Positions 38,539 through 50,599 of a DNA stretch of 64,000 nucleotides are shown one piece after another. The position numbers were made by a program, and so were the translations under genes. Positions within the stretch are counted from its first letter, which is position 1. Each line of letters starts with the position of its first letter. The DNA comes from Chiloscyllium plagiosum. Its lineage: Eukaryota. The stretch is taken from positions 72,672,674-72,736,673 of the forward strand of contig NC_057718.1 in assembly GCF_004010195.1 (NCBI RefSeq), in the 5' to 3' direction. The notes under the pieces are model-generated. The model had not been told where the DNA came from, did no database searches, and was given only the letters and a program-made list of their open reading frames with translations.

Positions 38539-38842
38539 AAACATATCAGCCTGATCTAATGGTGGAGCAGACTCAATTGACTGAATGGTCAAATTCTATT
38601 CCTATATCCAATGGTTCCAAGTAATGTGAATAGCCTGGAGGAGCTAGGTATTCTCCTCAGAACAGATGAGATTAAAGGAAATTTGATGGACTTATTTTAA
38701 ATAGAGACTAATCTAGACAAGGTAGATAGAGAGAAATAACTCTCATTAATTGAAGGGTCAAGAAGCAGATGAGGCAGATTTAAAAGTTGGCTAGCAAGAA
38801 TCACTAGGCAACACAAGAGAAAAACGATCTTACACAGCTAAT

Positions 38843-39164
38843 TTTAGATTAGATTTAGATTACATTACAGTGTGGAAACAGGCCCTTCGGCCCAACAAGT
38901 CCACACCGACCCGCCGAAGCGCAACCCACCCATACCCCTACATTTACCCCTTACCTAACACTACGGGCAATTTAGTATGGCCAATTCACCTAACCCTGCA
39001 CATCTTTGGACTGTGGGAGGAAACCGGAGCACCCGGAGGAAACCCACGCAGACACGGGGAGAACGTGCAAACTCCACACAGTCAGTCGCCTGAGGCGGGA
39101 ATTGAACCCGGGTCTCAGGTGCTGTGAGGCAGCAGTGCTAACCACTGTGCCACCGTGCCGCCCA
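38843..39164 (-). mobile_element. HE1-type SINE, full length, young
   Basis: Intact A and B boxes, core and tail; nearly identical to 30376-30690. Confidence 0.92.
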
Positions 39165-39203
39165 TAATCTAATCTAATCTAATCTAATCTAATCTAATCT
39201 AAT
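39165..39203 (+). repeat. (TAATC)n microsatellite
   Basis: About 8 units directly abutting the SINE 5' end. Confidence 0.9.
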
Positions 39204-39629
39204 ATGATCTAAAATACACTATCTGAAAATGTGGCAGAGACAGATTCAATCTTAGCTTTCAAAAGGAAATTAGAAAAGAACTCCAACAGGAAAAAGTACA
39301 GGGTTATGTCCAGAATACACAGTCAGCATAGACTTACCAGGACAATTTACTGCCTTCTGTGCTGTAATCATCTTAATATTTACTGTAATAATAATATTAA
39401 ACAAAGACCTTCCAGACTATTATGCATCAGTTGTTAAAACCTTTCTTTAAAAAAAAAATGGATCCAATTATTTCTTCATATCAGCAATAGTTGAAAACCT
39501 CAAACATACTTGTACAGTATTATCATTTAGTACAGACCATTAACAAAATCCTACATTCTCAAAAATGCTTTCATGTCTTAAGATTAGCAATAAAATATAA
39601 TATGGCACAATTGTTACACAATTACTTAC

Positions 39630-39749
39630 CTACAACATTCTTCAAACCAACGAGCTATATAGTCCCACATATAATATGGTTCAAAAGAATTGAAGAGGAG
39701 ATTTGCAGTTTTAATCAGCTCTGAAGTCTTCTTATTTTCTCTCATCTTA
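39630..39749 (-). CDS. DOP1A: DOP1A coding exon (120 nt): (S)KMRENKKTSELIKTANLLFNSFEPYYMWDYIARWFEECC(R)
   Basis: Acceptor tttcag| and donor TAG|gtaagt; phase 2-2. Confidence 0.96.
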
Positions 39750-40119
39750 CTGAAATAAAAAAAATTAAGACAATGGCACAATTGAAAAAGTGAAATGTGA
39801 CCAAATATTATTTATTTCTGACTGCATCATAATTGATATTAAGTACATATTTTTGGTGGAGCCAAGTATCAACTAAAATACTTCTGCCAGCAGCGAAGAT
39901 AGCAGACTAGAACCATTCTTTGATACAGGATGACTGCATGTGGTTGGGGTTAAATCTGAATTCAGATTTTACAGCTTAAGTTACGGTCCAGCTTGTCTAT
40001 TGTAGGTTGTCTGTATTCTAAATTACAAAAAGACCTGCCCACCGTCCACCCTGTGCATGCTGACCTCCGGCATATTCCCAGTTTGAAATTTATGATCTGA
40101 CTACAGACTAGTAACTAAA

Positions 40120-40465
40120 AGGGGCGCATAATGGCTCAGTGGTAAGCACTTCTGCCTCACAGTGCCGGAGACTCTGGTTCAATTCCATTTCGGGTGACTG
40201 CCTGTATGAAGTTTGCACATTATTCCCATGTCTGCGATTTCCTCCGGTGCTCCCGTTTCCTCCCACAATCCAAAGATGTGCAGGTTAGGTGAATTGGCCA
40301 AGCTAAATTGCCCATAGTGTTCAGGGATGTGTAGGCTGGGTGCATTAGTCAGGGGTAAATGTAGCGTAATAGGGTAGGGGAATGGGCCAGGATGGGATAT
40401 TCTTTAGAGGATCGGTGTGGACTTGTTGGGCTGAGGGCCTGTTTCCACACTGTAGGGATTCTATT
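40120..40465 (+). mobile_element. HE1-type SINE, more diverged
   Basis: tggctcagtggt A box, ggttcaattcc B box, core and tail. Confidence 0.85.
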
Positions 40466-40560
40466 GTTTTTAAGTCAGCAAAAGGTGAGATCCATGGGGC
40501 TTACTAAAATAATAAAGCAACAAGCTTCCATGGTTTTGAACAAACAACAATACTTTATTA

Positions 40561-41600
40561 GGAGAAAGTGAGGTCTGCAGATGCTGGAGATCAGAGATGG
40601 AAATGTGTTGCTGGAAAAGCGCAGCAGGTCAGGCAGCATCCAGGGAACAGGAGAATCGACGTTTCGGGCATTAGCCCTTCTTCAGGAATGAGGAAAGTTG
40701 GTCCAGCAGGCTAAGATAAAAGATAGGGAGGAGGGACTTGGGGGAGGGGGCTCCTCCTCCGACCGTCGGGTTGTTGTGGTTTGGCGGTGGATGAGTCCAA
40801 TGACCTGCATATCCTCGGTGGAGTGGGAGGGGGAGTTGAAATGCTGTGCTACAGGGTGGTTGGGTTGGTTCGTCCGGGTGGCCCAGAGGTGCTCTCTGAA
40901 TCGCTCCGCAAGTAGGCGGCCTGTCTCCCCAATATAGAGGAGGCCACACCGGCTGCAGCGGATGCAGTAGATGATGTGGGTGGAGGTGCAGGTGAATCTG
41001 TGGCGGATATGGAAGTTTCCCTTGGGGCCTTGGAGAGAAGTGAGGGGGGAGGTGTGGGCGCAAGTGTTGCACCTCCTGCGGTTGCAAGGGAAGGTGCCGG
41101 GAGTGGTGGTTGGGTCGGTGGGGGGTGTGGATCTGACAAGGGAGTCGCGGAGGGAGTGGTCTCTACGGACAGCTGATAGGGGAGGGGAGGGAAATATATC
41201 CTTGGTGCTGGGTCTGTTTGGAGGTGGCGGAAGTGACGGCGGATGATGCGCTGTACATGGAGATTGGTGGGGTGGTAGGTGAGGACCAGTGGGGTTCTGT
41301 CCTGGTGGCGGTTGGAGGGGCGGGGCTCAAGGGCGGAGGAGCGGGAAGTGGAGGAGATGCGGTGGAGGGCACCGTCGACCACGTCGGGGGGGAAATTGCG
41401 GTCCTTGAAGAAGGAGGCCATCTGGGATGTGCGTTTTTGGAATTGTTCCTCCTGGGAGCAGATGCGGCGGAGACGTAGGAAGTGGGAGAATGGGATGGCG
41501 TTTTTACAGGGGGCAGGATGGGAGGAGGTGTAGTCCAGGTAGCGGTGGGAGTCGGTTGGTTTGTAGTAGATGTCCGTGTTGATTCGGTCGCCTGAGATAG
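40561..41600 (-). mobile_element. 5'-truncated Penelope-like element (Neptune-type): RT thumb, Cys knuckle, GIY-YIG endonuclease, hammerhead-bearing 3' end
   Basis: Translation gives YKPTDSHRYLDYTSSHP and PLVLTYHP, then after a frameshift GTFPCNRRRCNTC and HIIYCIRCSRCGLLYIGET; 12-bp TSD aatactttatta (40549-40560, 41601-41612). Confidence 0.93.
40655..40688 (-). ncRNA. Minimal type I hammerhead ribozyme motif
   Basis: Minus strand reads UUC CUGAAGA A GGGC-UAAU-GCCC GAAAC GUC GAU: complete core, 4-bp stem II, weak stem I. Confidence 0.72.
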
Positions 41601-41849
41601 AATACTTTATTATACAACATTATAACAGTAATACCACTTAGAACAGATGTATTTTTTAACATGCACAATTAATATGAGGTATGGGTAACATACAATGATC
41701 TAACACTCCACTGCACACATCAAATAGCAAATGCTATCAAAATAGAACTATCAACGTTTCAGCAACTGCCCCAGGTGTTAATGGTGATAATGTCTTATTA
41801 AACAACACAAGGAATTATAGTTCTTTACTTTTGCCAAGCTGGACTTAAA

Positions 41850-41950
41850 ACTAAAAGAGAAAATGCTGGAAAATCTCAGCAAGTCTGGCAGCATCTGGAA
41901 GGAGAGAAAAGAGCTGACGTTTCGAATCTAACTGACCCTTTGTCAAAGCT
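41850..41950 (-). mobile_element. Short PLE-like 3'-end fragment (third family) with variant hammerhead at 41912-41950
   Basis: Minus strand reads AGCU UUGACAA A GGGUC-AGUUA-GAUUC GAAAC GUC AGCU, followed by gatgctgccagacttgctgag...ccagca, which resembles the other PLE tails. Confidence 0.65.
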
Positions 41951-42569
41951 AAACTCCCTCTCAAAAGCTATTCTGTAACGAGCAGCCTCAGTAATTGTTC
42001 CTGATCTGGTATGCTTCTCTCGTACTTAATCACCAGCACAACTCTAGCTCTTCACCAACAGCTAGCTTCATTGAACCAGACACTTCCCTGGGTATTCCAA
42101 GCTCTTATCTTGGTAAATTGTATGGAAAAAAAAGTACTGATAATGGACTCTCCTTTAGCTGCACTAAAGTATTAATGTTTCTTCCAGATCCCTTAGCCTC
42201 ACGCAACACCTAGCTGTCATCCTCCCAACTTCTCAGATCTCCTGGCTATACAGAGGTAATTAACTGTTTCAACCTCTTCCCAGCAATACAGTTATAAATC
42301 AGCATTTCTAACATGGAGTCTGCATTCCTTTCTGACGAACTAAACAGAGTTTCTTGAACTGTTTTTTAGTCACCCTGAAATGTCCTCAGTGGTCTACTGA
42401 AGGCACTGAAATAAGGCCCTCTTTTGCAGGTCAGAATTAAACACTGCCACCTAACTACTTTTGAAATTCAGTGTTCCATAAATGTTACATTCTCAAAATG
42501 TTGGAGGTGGATTTCACCACAAATCTCTCCACTGTTGTAAATGTAGGGGAGGTCCTAAATTAGTTTTTT

Positions 42570-44235
42570 GCTTCAGTACTCATACAAAGAGGGACCTTGT
42601 TAATTGTGAGAACTCCATGAACCAGGTTAAAAGGCTTGAACAGATTGATATTAAGGAAGTGGATGTGCTGGAAATTCTGGGAAACATCAAAATAGATAAG
42701 TCCCCAGGGCCAGAACAGATTTAACCAAGGTTACCACTGGAAGCGAGGAATGAGATTGCTGCGCCCCGGTGATGATCTTTGCATCCTCATTCTCCATGGG
42801 AGTAGTATCTGATGATTGGAGGGAGGTGAATGTTGTTCTTCTGTTCAAGAGAGGGAATAGGGAAATCCGTGGGAATTAAAAACCAATCAATCAGTCTTAC
42901 GTCTGTGGTAAGCAAAGGTATTGGAAAAGATTCTGAGAGATACAATTTATGACTGTTTGGAAAAACAGTTTGATTAAAGATAGTCAACATGGCTTTGTGT
43001 GGGGCAGGTCATCCCTCACAAACCTTATTGAGTTCTTTAAGGACATGACGAGATGAGTTGACAAAGTTCATACAGTCGACGGGGTGTATATGGATTTCAG
43101 TAAGGTTACCCACAGTAGGCTCATTCAGAAAGTTTGGAGCTATGGGATACTGGGAAATTTGGCTGTCTAGACTCAAAAATTCGCCGAAAGAAGACAGTGA
43201 GTAGTAGTGGATGATAAGCATTCTGCCTGGAGTCAGGTGACCAGTGGTGTCCCACAGAGAGTTGTTCTTGAGCCTCTACTCTTTGTAATTTTTATAAATG
43301 AATTGGATGAAGGAGTGGAAGAGTGGGTTAGTAAGTTATCAATGACACAAAGGTCGGTGGTGTTGAAGATAGTGTCGATGGCTGTTGCAGGCTACAACAA
43401 GACATTGACAGGATGCAGAGCTGGGCCGAGAAGTGGCAGATGGAGTTCAACCTGGACAAATGTGAAGTGATTCATTTTGGAAGGTTGAATTTGAATGCTG
43501 AATACACGGTTATAGGTAGGATTTTTGGCAGTGTGGAAGAACAATAGGATCTGGGGGTCCATGTACATAGTTCCTTCAAAGTTCCTACCAAAGTTGATAG
43601 GGTTATTAAGAAGGTGTTTGGTGTTTTGGCTTTCATTTACATGGGGATTGAGTTTAAGAGCCGCGAGGTTTTGCTGAACCTGTATAAAATCCTGGTTACA
43701 CCACACTTGGAATAGCGTGTACAGTTCTGGTCGCCTCGTTATAGGAAGGATGCAGATGCTTTAGAGAGGGTGCAGGGGAGATTTACCAGAATGCTACCTA
43801 GGTTGGAGGGCCTTATTTAAGAGAAGCTGTGTAAACTCAGGCTTTTCACACTGGAGAGAAGGAGGAAGAGAAGTGACATGATAGATGTGTACAAGGTAAT
43901 GAGAGGCATAGATAGAGTAGATAGTCAGACTTTCTTCAGGGCAGAAATGGCTGTTGTGAGGGGTCATTATTTTAAGGTGATTGAAGGAAGGTATTAGGAA
44001 GATGTCAGAGGTAGGTTCTTTACGCAGAGAGTGGTGTGTTCGTGGAATGCACTGCCAGCAATGATAGTAGAGTCAGAGACATTAGTGAAACTTAAGCAAC
44101 TGCTGGAAAAGCACATGGACGGCAGTAAACTGAGGTGTTTAGTTTAGTTTGATCTTAACTTAAGATAAATGCTCAGCACATCATCATGGGCCAAAAGACC
44201 TATACTGTTCTGTACTGTTTTGTGTTCTATGTATG
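42570..44235 (+). mobile_element. 5'-truncated CR1 LINE
   Basis: ORFs 42482..42724 (IKIDKSPGP) and 43207..43470 (VTSGVPQ); CR1 tail. Confidence 0.9.
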
Positions 44236-44564
44236 AGCATATATAATATAATTGCATACTTAACCTCAGCGTAAGAAATTTCAATTTGAACAGTACTTTT
44301 AAATGCAGAACTAGATTTGAATGACTGATTATTCTGTATTATGTTCCACTTGAATAAAACATGCAAGCTATTCAATATTTAATTAGCATTACATTAAAAT
44401 ATTATAGTACATCTCTGAAGGTTTGCAATGAAGCACATCAAGACCATCAACAAGCAAAAACGTAAACATTATGCTATTTAGTACACCTTCAGTATACAGA
44501 AACGCAAAATGCTGTGAATTAGAAATAATTACAGTTTTCTTCCATTAGACTGTAAGCAATATAC

Positions 44565-44685
44565 CTGCTTAACTGAGTATCATCTTTACAGTAAGAAGGT
44601 TGTGTTTTCAGATTCAATTCTGCTTTGCACTGTGAATGCAATGCCCTGAAAACTTCTATAAGTACATCCTCCAAAATTGCTGGCC
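44565..44685 (-). CDS. DOP1A: DOP1A coding exon (121 nt): (G)PAILEDVLIEVFRALHSQCKAELNLKTQPSYCKDDTQLS(S)
   Basis: Lies within ORF 44519..44704; acceptor tttctag| and donor CAG|gtatat. Confidence 0.95.
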
Positions 44686-45355
44686 CTAGAAAGACAAAAT
44701 GCATTCTTAGTTCTCTTAACCAATTCTAAACAGTATGCTTTAGGAGACAATCTCATTTGAAAGAATAGTTTGCTGTATCATTAGCAGAAATTGTGGCAAC
44801 AATAGCTATTAAATGCAGCTCGTTATTTATTAAATCAACTACTTGGACGTGTTATAACATACCTCTGACTCGAATCTAGACCTTCTGGCTCACAAGCAAG
44901 GACACTACCACTGTGTCACGAGATCCAAACTGGATTCCATTACTCAAACTTAAATTCTATCAAATCAATGCATTATTCTTTGCATAAGAATATTGCATTA
45001 TCAAATAATATGGATTTGTAATTAAATTGCACTCAAACTTAATTTATGCATTTGGTGTACTGTCAGGATATGATGCACTTAATTAAAATATTTAAATCAG
45101 GTTCCAAGATTCATTTGGAGCTTAATTTAACTTCAACTACTGTTGCTCTAGTTTTCAGATGTTCAGGAAAGCCAGTAGCAGAAAATGACAAATGCCTTTT
45201 ATCGTACTCCTTGATAGCCTGGAAAAACTGAAGTCCTCTGCTCAACTAATCACAAGTTTGACAATCCCACTGCATTCCCTAGAATTACCAGCCTTGATCC
45301 CTTGCTCCTTCCCTTTCCCAACCGATCAATGGCATTTCCATCCACAGCAATGTAC

Positions 45356-45467
45356 CTAATTCTGGCTTGTCGAGCAGACTAATGAGAATACGGAACGGTT
45401 TCAGATCATGTAATGGCATTTTCTCTTCCTTGCCACATCTTTTTCCTTGTAATATTCCCACCATTGC
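45356..45467 (-). CDS. DOP1A: DOP1A coding exon (112 nt): AMVGILQGKRCGKEEKMPLHDLKPFRILISLLDKPEL(G)
   Basis: Acceptor cctcatag| and donor TAG|gtacat; conserved DLKPFRILISLLDKPELG. Confidence 0.95.
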
Positions 45468-45882
45468 CTATGAGGAAAAACAGTGAGAAGAGAAAAACTA
45501 ATGGGTTCAACCAAGAGGAAAACACATTGCATGCCAGTGACACTCACAACCCATGAATATATTTAGACATTCTTGAAACTTACTGTGACTTTAAACACCA
45601 GTAAAAACCAAATAGTAATAAAGCAGCATTGTAACTTTGTCCATAAGCATCACATCACCTAAATATAAGAATCTGCTTTTAAAGAAATTTGATAAAGATA
45701 CTCTCCTTTTATGTACACATGTTAAGCTTCAGCCAAATTCTAAAGTCCATGGTGAGAAACTCAGGGAAGTCTCTTGCCCACGCCCTCTTCACTCAGACAC
45801 TCACATGTAATCAAACCCCCATGCGCCTAGCATTATTTTCTCCCAAGACCAGAAACTGAAGTGAGTCATTTCATTGGTAACA

Positions 45883-46014
45883 TTGGTTTCATTGATCTTA
45901 GCCTGCTGGACACACTTTCCTCATTCCTGAAGAAGGGCTTATGCCCGAAACGTCGATTCTCCTGTTCTTGGATGCTGCCTGACCTGCTGCACTTTTCCAG
46001 CAACACATTTTCAG
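45883..46014 (+). mobile_element. 132-nt PLE 3'-end insertion containing an intact hammerhead core
   Basis: 11-bp TSD cattggtaaca (45872-45882, 46015-46025); close match to the reverse complement of ~40590-40715. Confidence 0.85.
45924..45957 (+). ncRNA. Minimal type I hammerhead ribozyme motif
   Basis: UUC CUGAAGA A GGGC-UUAU-GCCC GAAAC GUC GAU. Confidence 0.72.
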
Positions 46015-47229
46015 CATTGGTAACAGGGCCTGTATTAACAAGGCAATCCAGCCATGCTGTGCCATGCGCCTCCCACAACAAAGGGAGCACTAGCAAGATG
46101 GATCAGTACAGGAAGGTGCACAGCAGCCTGCACATAGGAACAGCAGTTACTAAGAGAAGGAGAGACCATGATTTCTATCACAACTTCCAATTCAAAGGCA
46201 ATCTGAATTGGTGGCTAATTAAAGAGAGGGGAATGAGGGATAACTCTCCTGGGGCAAATGGGGGGGGGGGGGGGGCGCGGGAGGGGAAAGGTGGATTTTA
46301 ATCACCCCCTGCAAATGATTATCTGTTTGATCAATTCATACCTCCATCGCTGTCTATTCTTGCTCACTTGCAAAGAGAATCAGCAGTAAAAAAACTGAGC
46401 TAAACACTTCAACATTATAAACTTCAGAACTTTAATAACTTGTTCAGAGTTTGAAAGGATGAGCAATCATTCTTCTGGAATAAAGTTTTTCTTGTGATAA
46501 AAGGCCAAGGGCAAACTGTTATCAGGGAATTGAAAGCAATTAACTATACCTAGGAAAAGGCAACAAACTGTTTTAACATCTTACTAACTAGCTGCCTTGT
46601 AACAAATGGGAAATTAAGATTGCTGACAGAAGAATTGAAGGAGCTCATGGCAGGCAGGCTTTCAAACAGAGAGCTAACACAGAATGTAACAAGGAATATA
46701 GAAGCTACTCTTGATAAAGCAAACTACAGACCTGGGGACCTTAGAAATGTCATAAACAATGTACACCACATACTTAACAAGACAGAAAACCCTACAAGAA
46801 ATGAACATGTGATTCTTCAGCAACAGAACGCGAAAGAACATCACTGCACAAGGATAAGGACATAAGGACATCCAGATGCAGAAGTTAAATTCTATCATTA
46901 ATGAAGTTCTGCTATAATGTGCATTTGACGAACTTTCTATTGAACAGATGTGATTTTCTAAAGCACGATGTTGCAGAGGAACACAATTGTCATGTTATAG
47001 CATAAGCTGAGTTATGAGCCTTAATTTGGTTGCTACAAGCAAAAAGTTTAATTGTTTCAGAATTTGATTGTGTTTTAGAATTCCTTGATGAGTAGCTAAA
47101 TTAAAGGCTGCTTGTGGTAATTTATGCACAACAATACCTAATTGGGAATGTCAAAGTGTAAGTATCTGGACTGGTACACAGTAAAAGTGTTGCAATAGTG
47201 TACCCTCAAATTTCATCACCTAGGATGGA

Positions 47230-48880
47230 ATCCAACTACTGCCATGAATGTCCTGGAGAAGAGAGGAAATAGGATTTAGGCTTCTTGTCTTTCTTGCGCA
47301 GTGCCAGCAGATCAAAGATGACCTGCTTCCACTCTGATTCAATTGATACTGAGACAGCTAAGTCAAATAGGCAATTTTCAAAGTGGGCAGGGGTGCTTAA
47401 AGGGTTAAGTTGGAGGTTTCTACTCTCCCTCCAATATGTCAAATTCACCTCTGCATGTTTGCAATGAGGTTTCTTGATGTGTTTACTGATTTCCCAAATT
47501 AGTCTCCATTTTGGTTTGAAACAAGCCAGGATCACTGAGTTAATATGTATGTTTCAGCTCTTCAGGGATGCTTTGAGGCCATCCCTGAAGTATTTCTGCT
47601 GCATACTTGGCAGCTTTCTAACATGACTGTATTCAGAATACAGCAACTGTGTCAAGTACCGGTTATCATATATATGAACAGGTCCCATAGAGAGGAGATG
47701 GTGTGAATAATTAATGCCTCAATGATGTCAGGTTTCTTGAGTTAGGAGACCTGTTGTTGGACCACATTTCTTGTCACTTTTTTTTTGAAAGATCTTGCAT
47801 CTTGCGAAGGCACTACTTGTGATGCATGGTATCAGTGTCAGCCTTGAATTACAATTGATAAGGTGAGAACTTTGCAATTTCAGTGGTGTAAGGCATGTGT
47901 CTTTCTGATATTTATTTCTGTTACTAGCTAACTAGGAGTTTGAGATTGATTTATTATTGTCACATCCAATCTCTCTGCTTCTAATGACCAGGAGTGCTGA
48001 AACACCACTAAATTCCCATACACTAGTCCACTGCAGCTGTTAAATGGGACATCAATCAGAACCTGATTTGATTCTCTACCTTTCCCTAATGTTCTGTCTA
48101 CTCTTCCGAAAAGGAAGAGGAACATTTCTGAGTGACTGTATTAGCATATATTCAGTTAATAAATATTTATATTTGGTGAAGGAGAGGACTGTAATTGTAA
48201 ACGAATCAAAGCTAGTGGTAACAGTGAATGGGTGGGGATGTGAAGGAAGTGAATAATTGCATGGTAGGTGAGTGGAATGAACACTGCGAGGAGCAACAGG
48301 GTAGAGGGTAATGGTTGACAAGGGACAGTGATGTGCACAACAGGGTACAGTGAAACTGTACTCACCTCATTTATCTGCTTAAGCTCTTCCACACTGATTT
48401 AAGGAACATCGTACTAAGCTGCTCATCTTTTGACCACCTTCAGCTGCAATTTCTTTGCTGTTGGTTCTTCTAACTTGTTGGGAAGCACTACTTTGATGCG
48501 ATGCCTCAATATACACAGAACTACATTAAGTGATAATAATCCCAATGCACAGATCTCTACGGTCTTGAAACTTCTTCATTTCTTGGTTCAACCTGCTAAT
48601 TCCTCCAAATTGTTTGTTTAGATTGGCATCGAGATCTCATGCAGGTCAGCACCATGCTTGTTGCCACATACATTTGGAGCAAACCAAAAGTTTCATTCTA
48701 ATTGGATGGTAGGGTTAAAATGCCACAGTCAACCTCAAAGCTCTTTCAGGATTCTCATTCCACAGCTTCAATCCTGTCTCAAAGTTGTAGCCCCAATTGT
48801 AATATGGAGAAATTCAACAAATAATTTACAAACAAATGTTCCCAGACATAGTAATTAGATACATGGCCAGATACACTGTT
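47230..48880 (-). mobile_element. Very decayed RTE-clade LINE fragments (~47230-47900 and ~48430-48880)
   Basis: Minus-strand reading QKYFRDGLKASLKS...LA..K..W resembles the RTE ORF C-terminal motif (KRFKDTLKASLK...LA.DR..W). Confidence 0.55.
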
Positions 48881-49701
48881 CAAGTGATGATAGCTTGGAC
48901 ACTGGAAGAAATCTCAGCTCATTTTCAAAGAGTGCAGAGCAATGTTTTAGCCACAGCAAGAAAAGCAGATGGGCATCAATTTGACATGTTGTCTCAATGG
49001 CATCACCACCGAAAGTACAGCAGCATCTCACTATGGCACTAAAGTGTCATACTGGGATGACGTGCTCAAATGCTTATAGTAAAGCCCTGAAATAAGATGC
49101 CACCAACTTCAATACCATCAAGAATCTTTTAATCCTTTAGTGTGCTTTGCCATTCACCCATGCGCCTTAACCTGCTCATACTGATTTCCCATTTATAATT
49201 CTTACATATTGTTGCGATGCTGCTGTTGCCTCACTCACATTTATCCTTCACCTCAAAACAATATGATCTTTGTTCTAATTTCTAATGCTGAAGTACCATC
49301 CTTGATATATTATTTTGGATTCCAGTTGATTTTTTAAAAATCCTGTAGCTTTTATATCATTAATTTAAAACTCTCCTACTTCTGGACCATTATGAAAATG
49401 GCTACTTTTGAAAAATCGTTTACTCTATCAATTTCCAATGTGAACTTAGATTCTGGTCATTATTTCCTAAATATTTTCTAATCTTTGAGCTGCTAATTTA
49501 TTTTGTAATGTTATACATAACGAGACTGAGCACACTATAATTCCTTGTTGGACGTGCAGCTATATTTGCAAACCAAGAATAATACATTGGCAACAAACAT
49601 TTGGATGATTCCAACCTTTCTTTAGTCAACCTGTGCTACACAACTCAATGTAGAAAATTACAAAGTGATAAAAATCTAAAACATTGGAATAATTAGTATA
49701 C

Positions 49702-49811
49702 CTGAATCAGGAGGTCCTTGGAAAAGTTATTAAAATAGTAGATTGCATGCTCCTCTGGATTACTATGTCTGGTGCTTCTGGGGCCTATGACACAACCATT
49801 GTTATCAAAAC
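49702..49811 (-). CDS. DOP1A: DOP1A coding exon (110 nt): (G)FDNNGCVIGPRSTRHSNPEEHAIYYFNNFSKDLLIQ
   Basis: Acceptor tttag| and donor CAG|gtatac; phase matches both neighbours. Confidence 0.95.
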
Positions 49812-50599
49812 CTAAATAAATTGAAGAACAGAGACTTAACCATGCGCACAAATAAAATGTGTATCTAAATGTCTACTATAACACTTAGCTGATCTTTCTA
49901 AATTATTTCAATTTTTTTTTTACTTACCAAATGGTAATCCATTGAAGGAAAGCAAAAGAGTCACACACAGTTAATCAATACTAATCATTCACACTCAAAA
50001 GTCATGAATCACATTGATAGTTTACAGACTATATTTATTGAAACATCTAAAATTGACTCTTGGGAGCACTTTTGGCCTGGATCAGAAGATTGCCCGATTC
50101 AGGTGCAGGGAGCAAGTGAGGAAATAAAAGTGAGACAGCAAGAGTGTGTCTCACGGAGCAAGCATAAACATTCATTTGAATCCGAACAGAGGGAGTCAGC
50201 CACCAAACACAGACACAAACAACCGCACATCCCTGCATGCATTCCACTGAGGTTAATGTACTCGACCAAACTCCTTGGCTCTTCCCCAGTCTTTTGCCCC
50301 TTCCCTTGTGATCAAGACACGGAAGTCAGTCTATTTTTCCCTTTCTTATGTTGTTCTTCTTAATTAACCAAAAAAGGTTTAATCAGTTTCTTGACATTTT
50401 AAAAATAGTCATAGTTATTAATAACTCATTTTTAAAAATGCTCATATTATTGCTTTAGCATTTCTTTTGCTTAGCGGCTGATTTGCTTTCTCCAATTCAA
50501 CTTATATTTTGAAATTCATGTTTAATGTCATGCCAAACCTTATCTTTCTGAAATTGAGAAGAAATTGAAGTGTGGCCCCTCACATGAAAAGTTTTTAGT

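Larger units (their letters stand above)
36000..39370 (+). mobile_element. Decayed CR1 LINE(s) with nested insertions
   Basis: ORF fragments SKFADDTK (37542..37766) and IQRRFTRMI (38014..38307). Confidence 0.85.

Noticed and set aside
46620..46865. 81-aa ORF in apparently non-repeat sequence
   Set aside because: It has a non-ATG start, no recognisable motif and no convincing splice context, so I cannot support it as coding.
46905..47008. Short inverted match gttctgctataat / gttatagcataag, a possible MITE remnant
   Set aside because: Too short and degenerate, and no TA duplication was identified.
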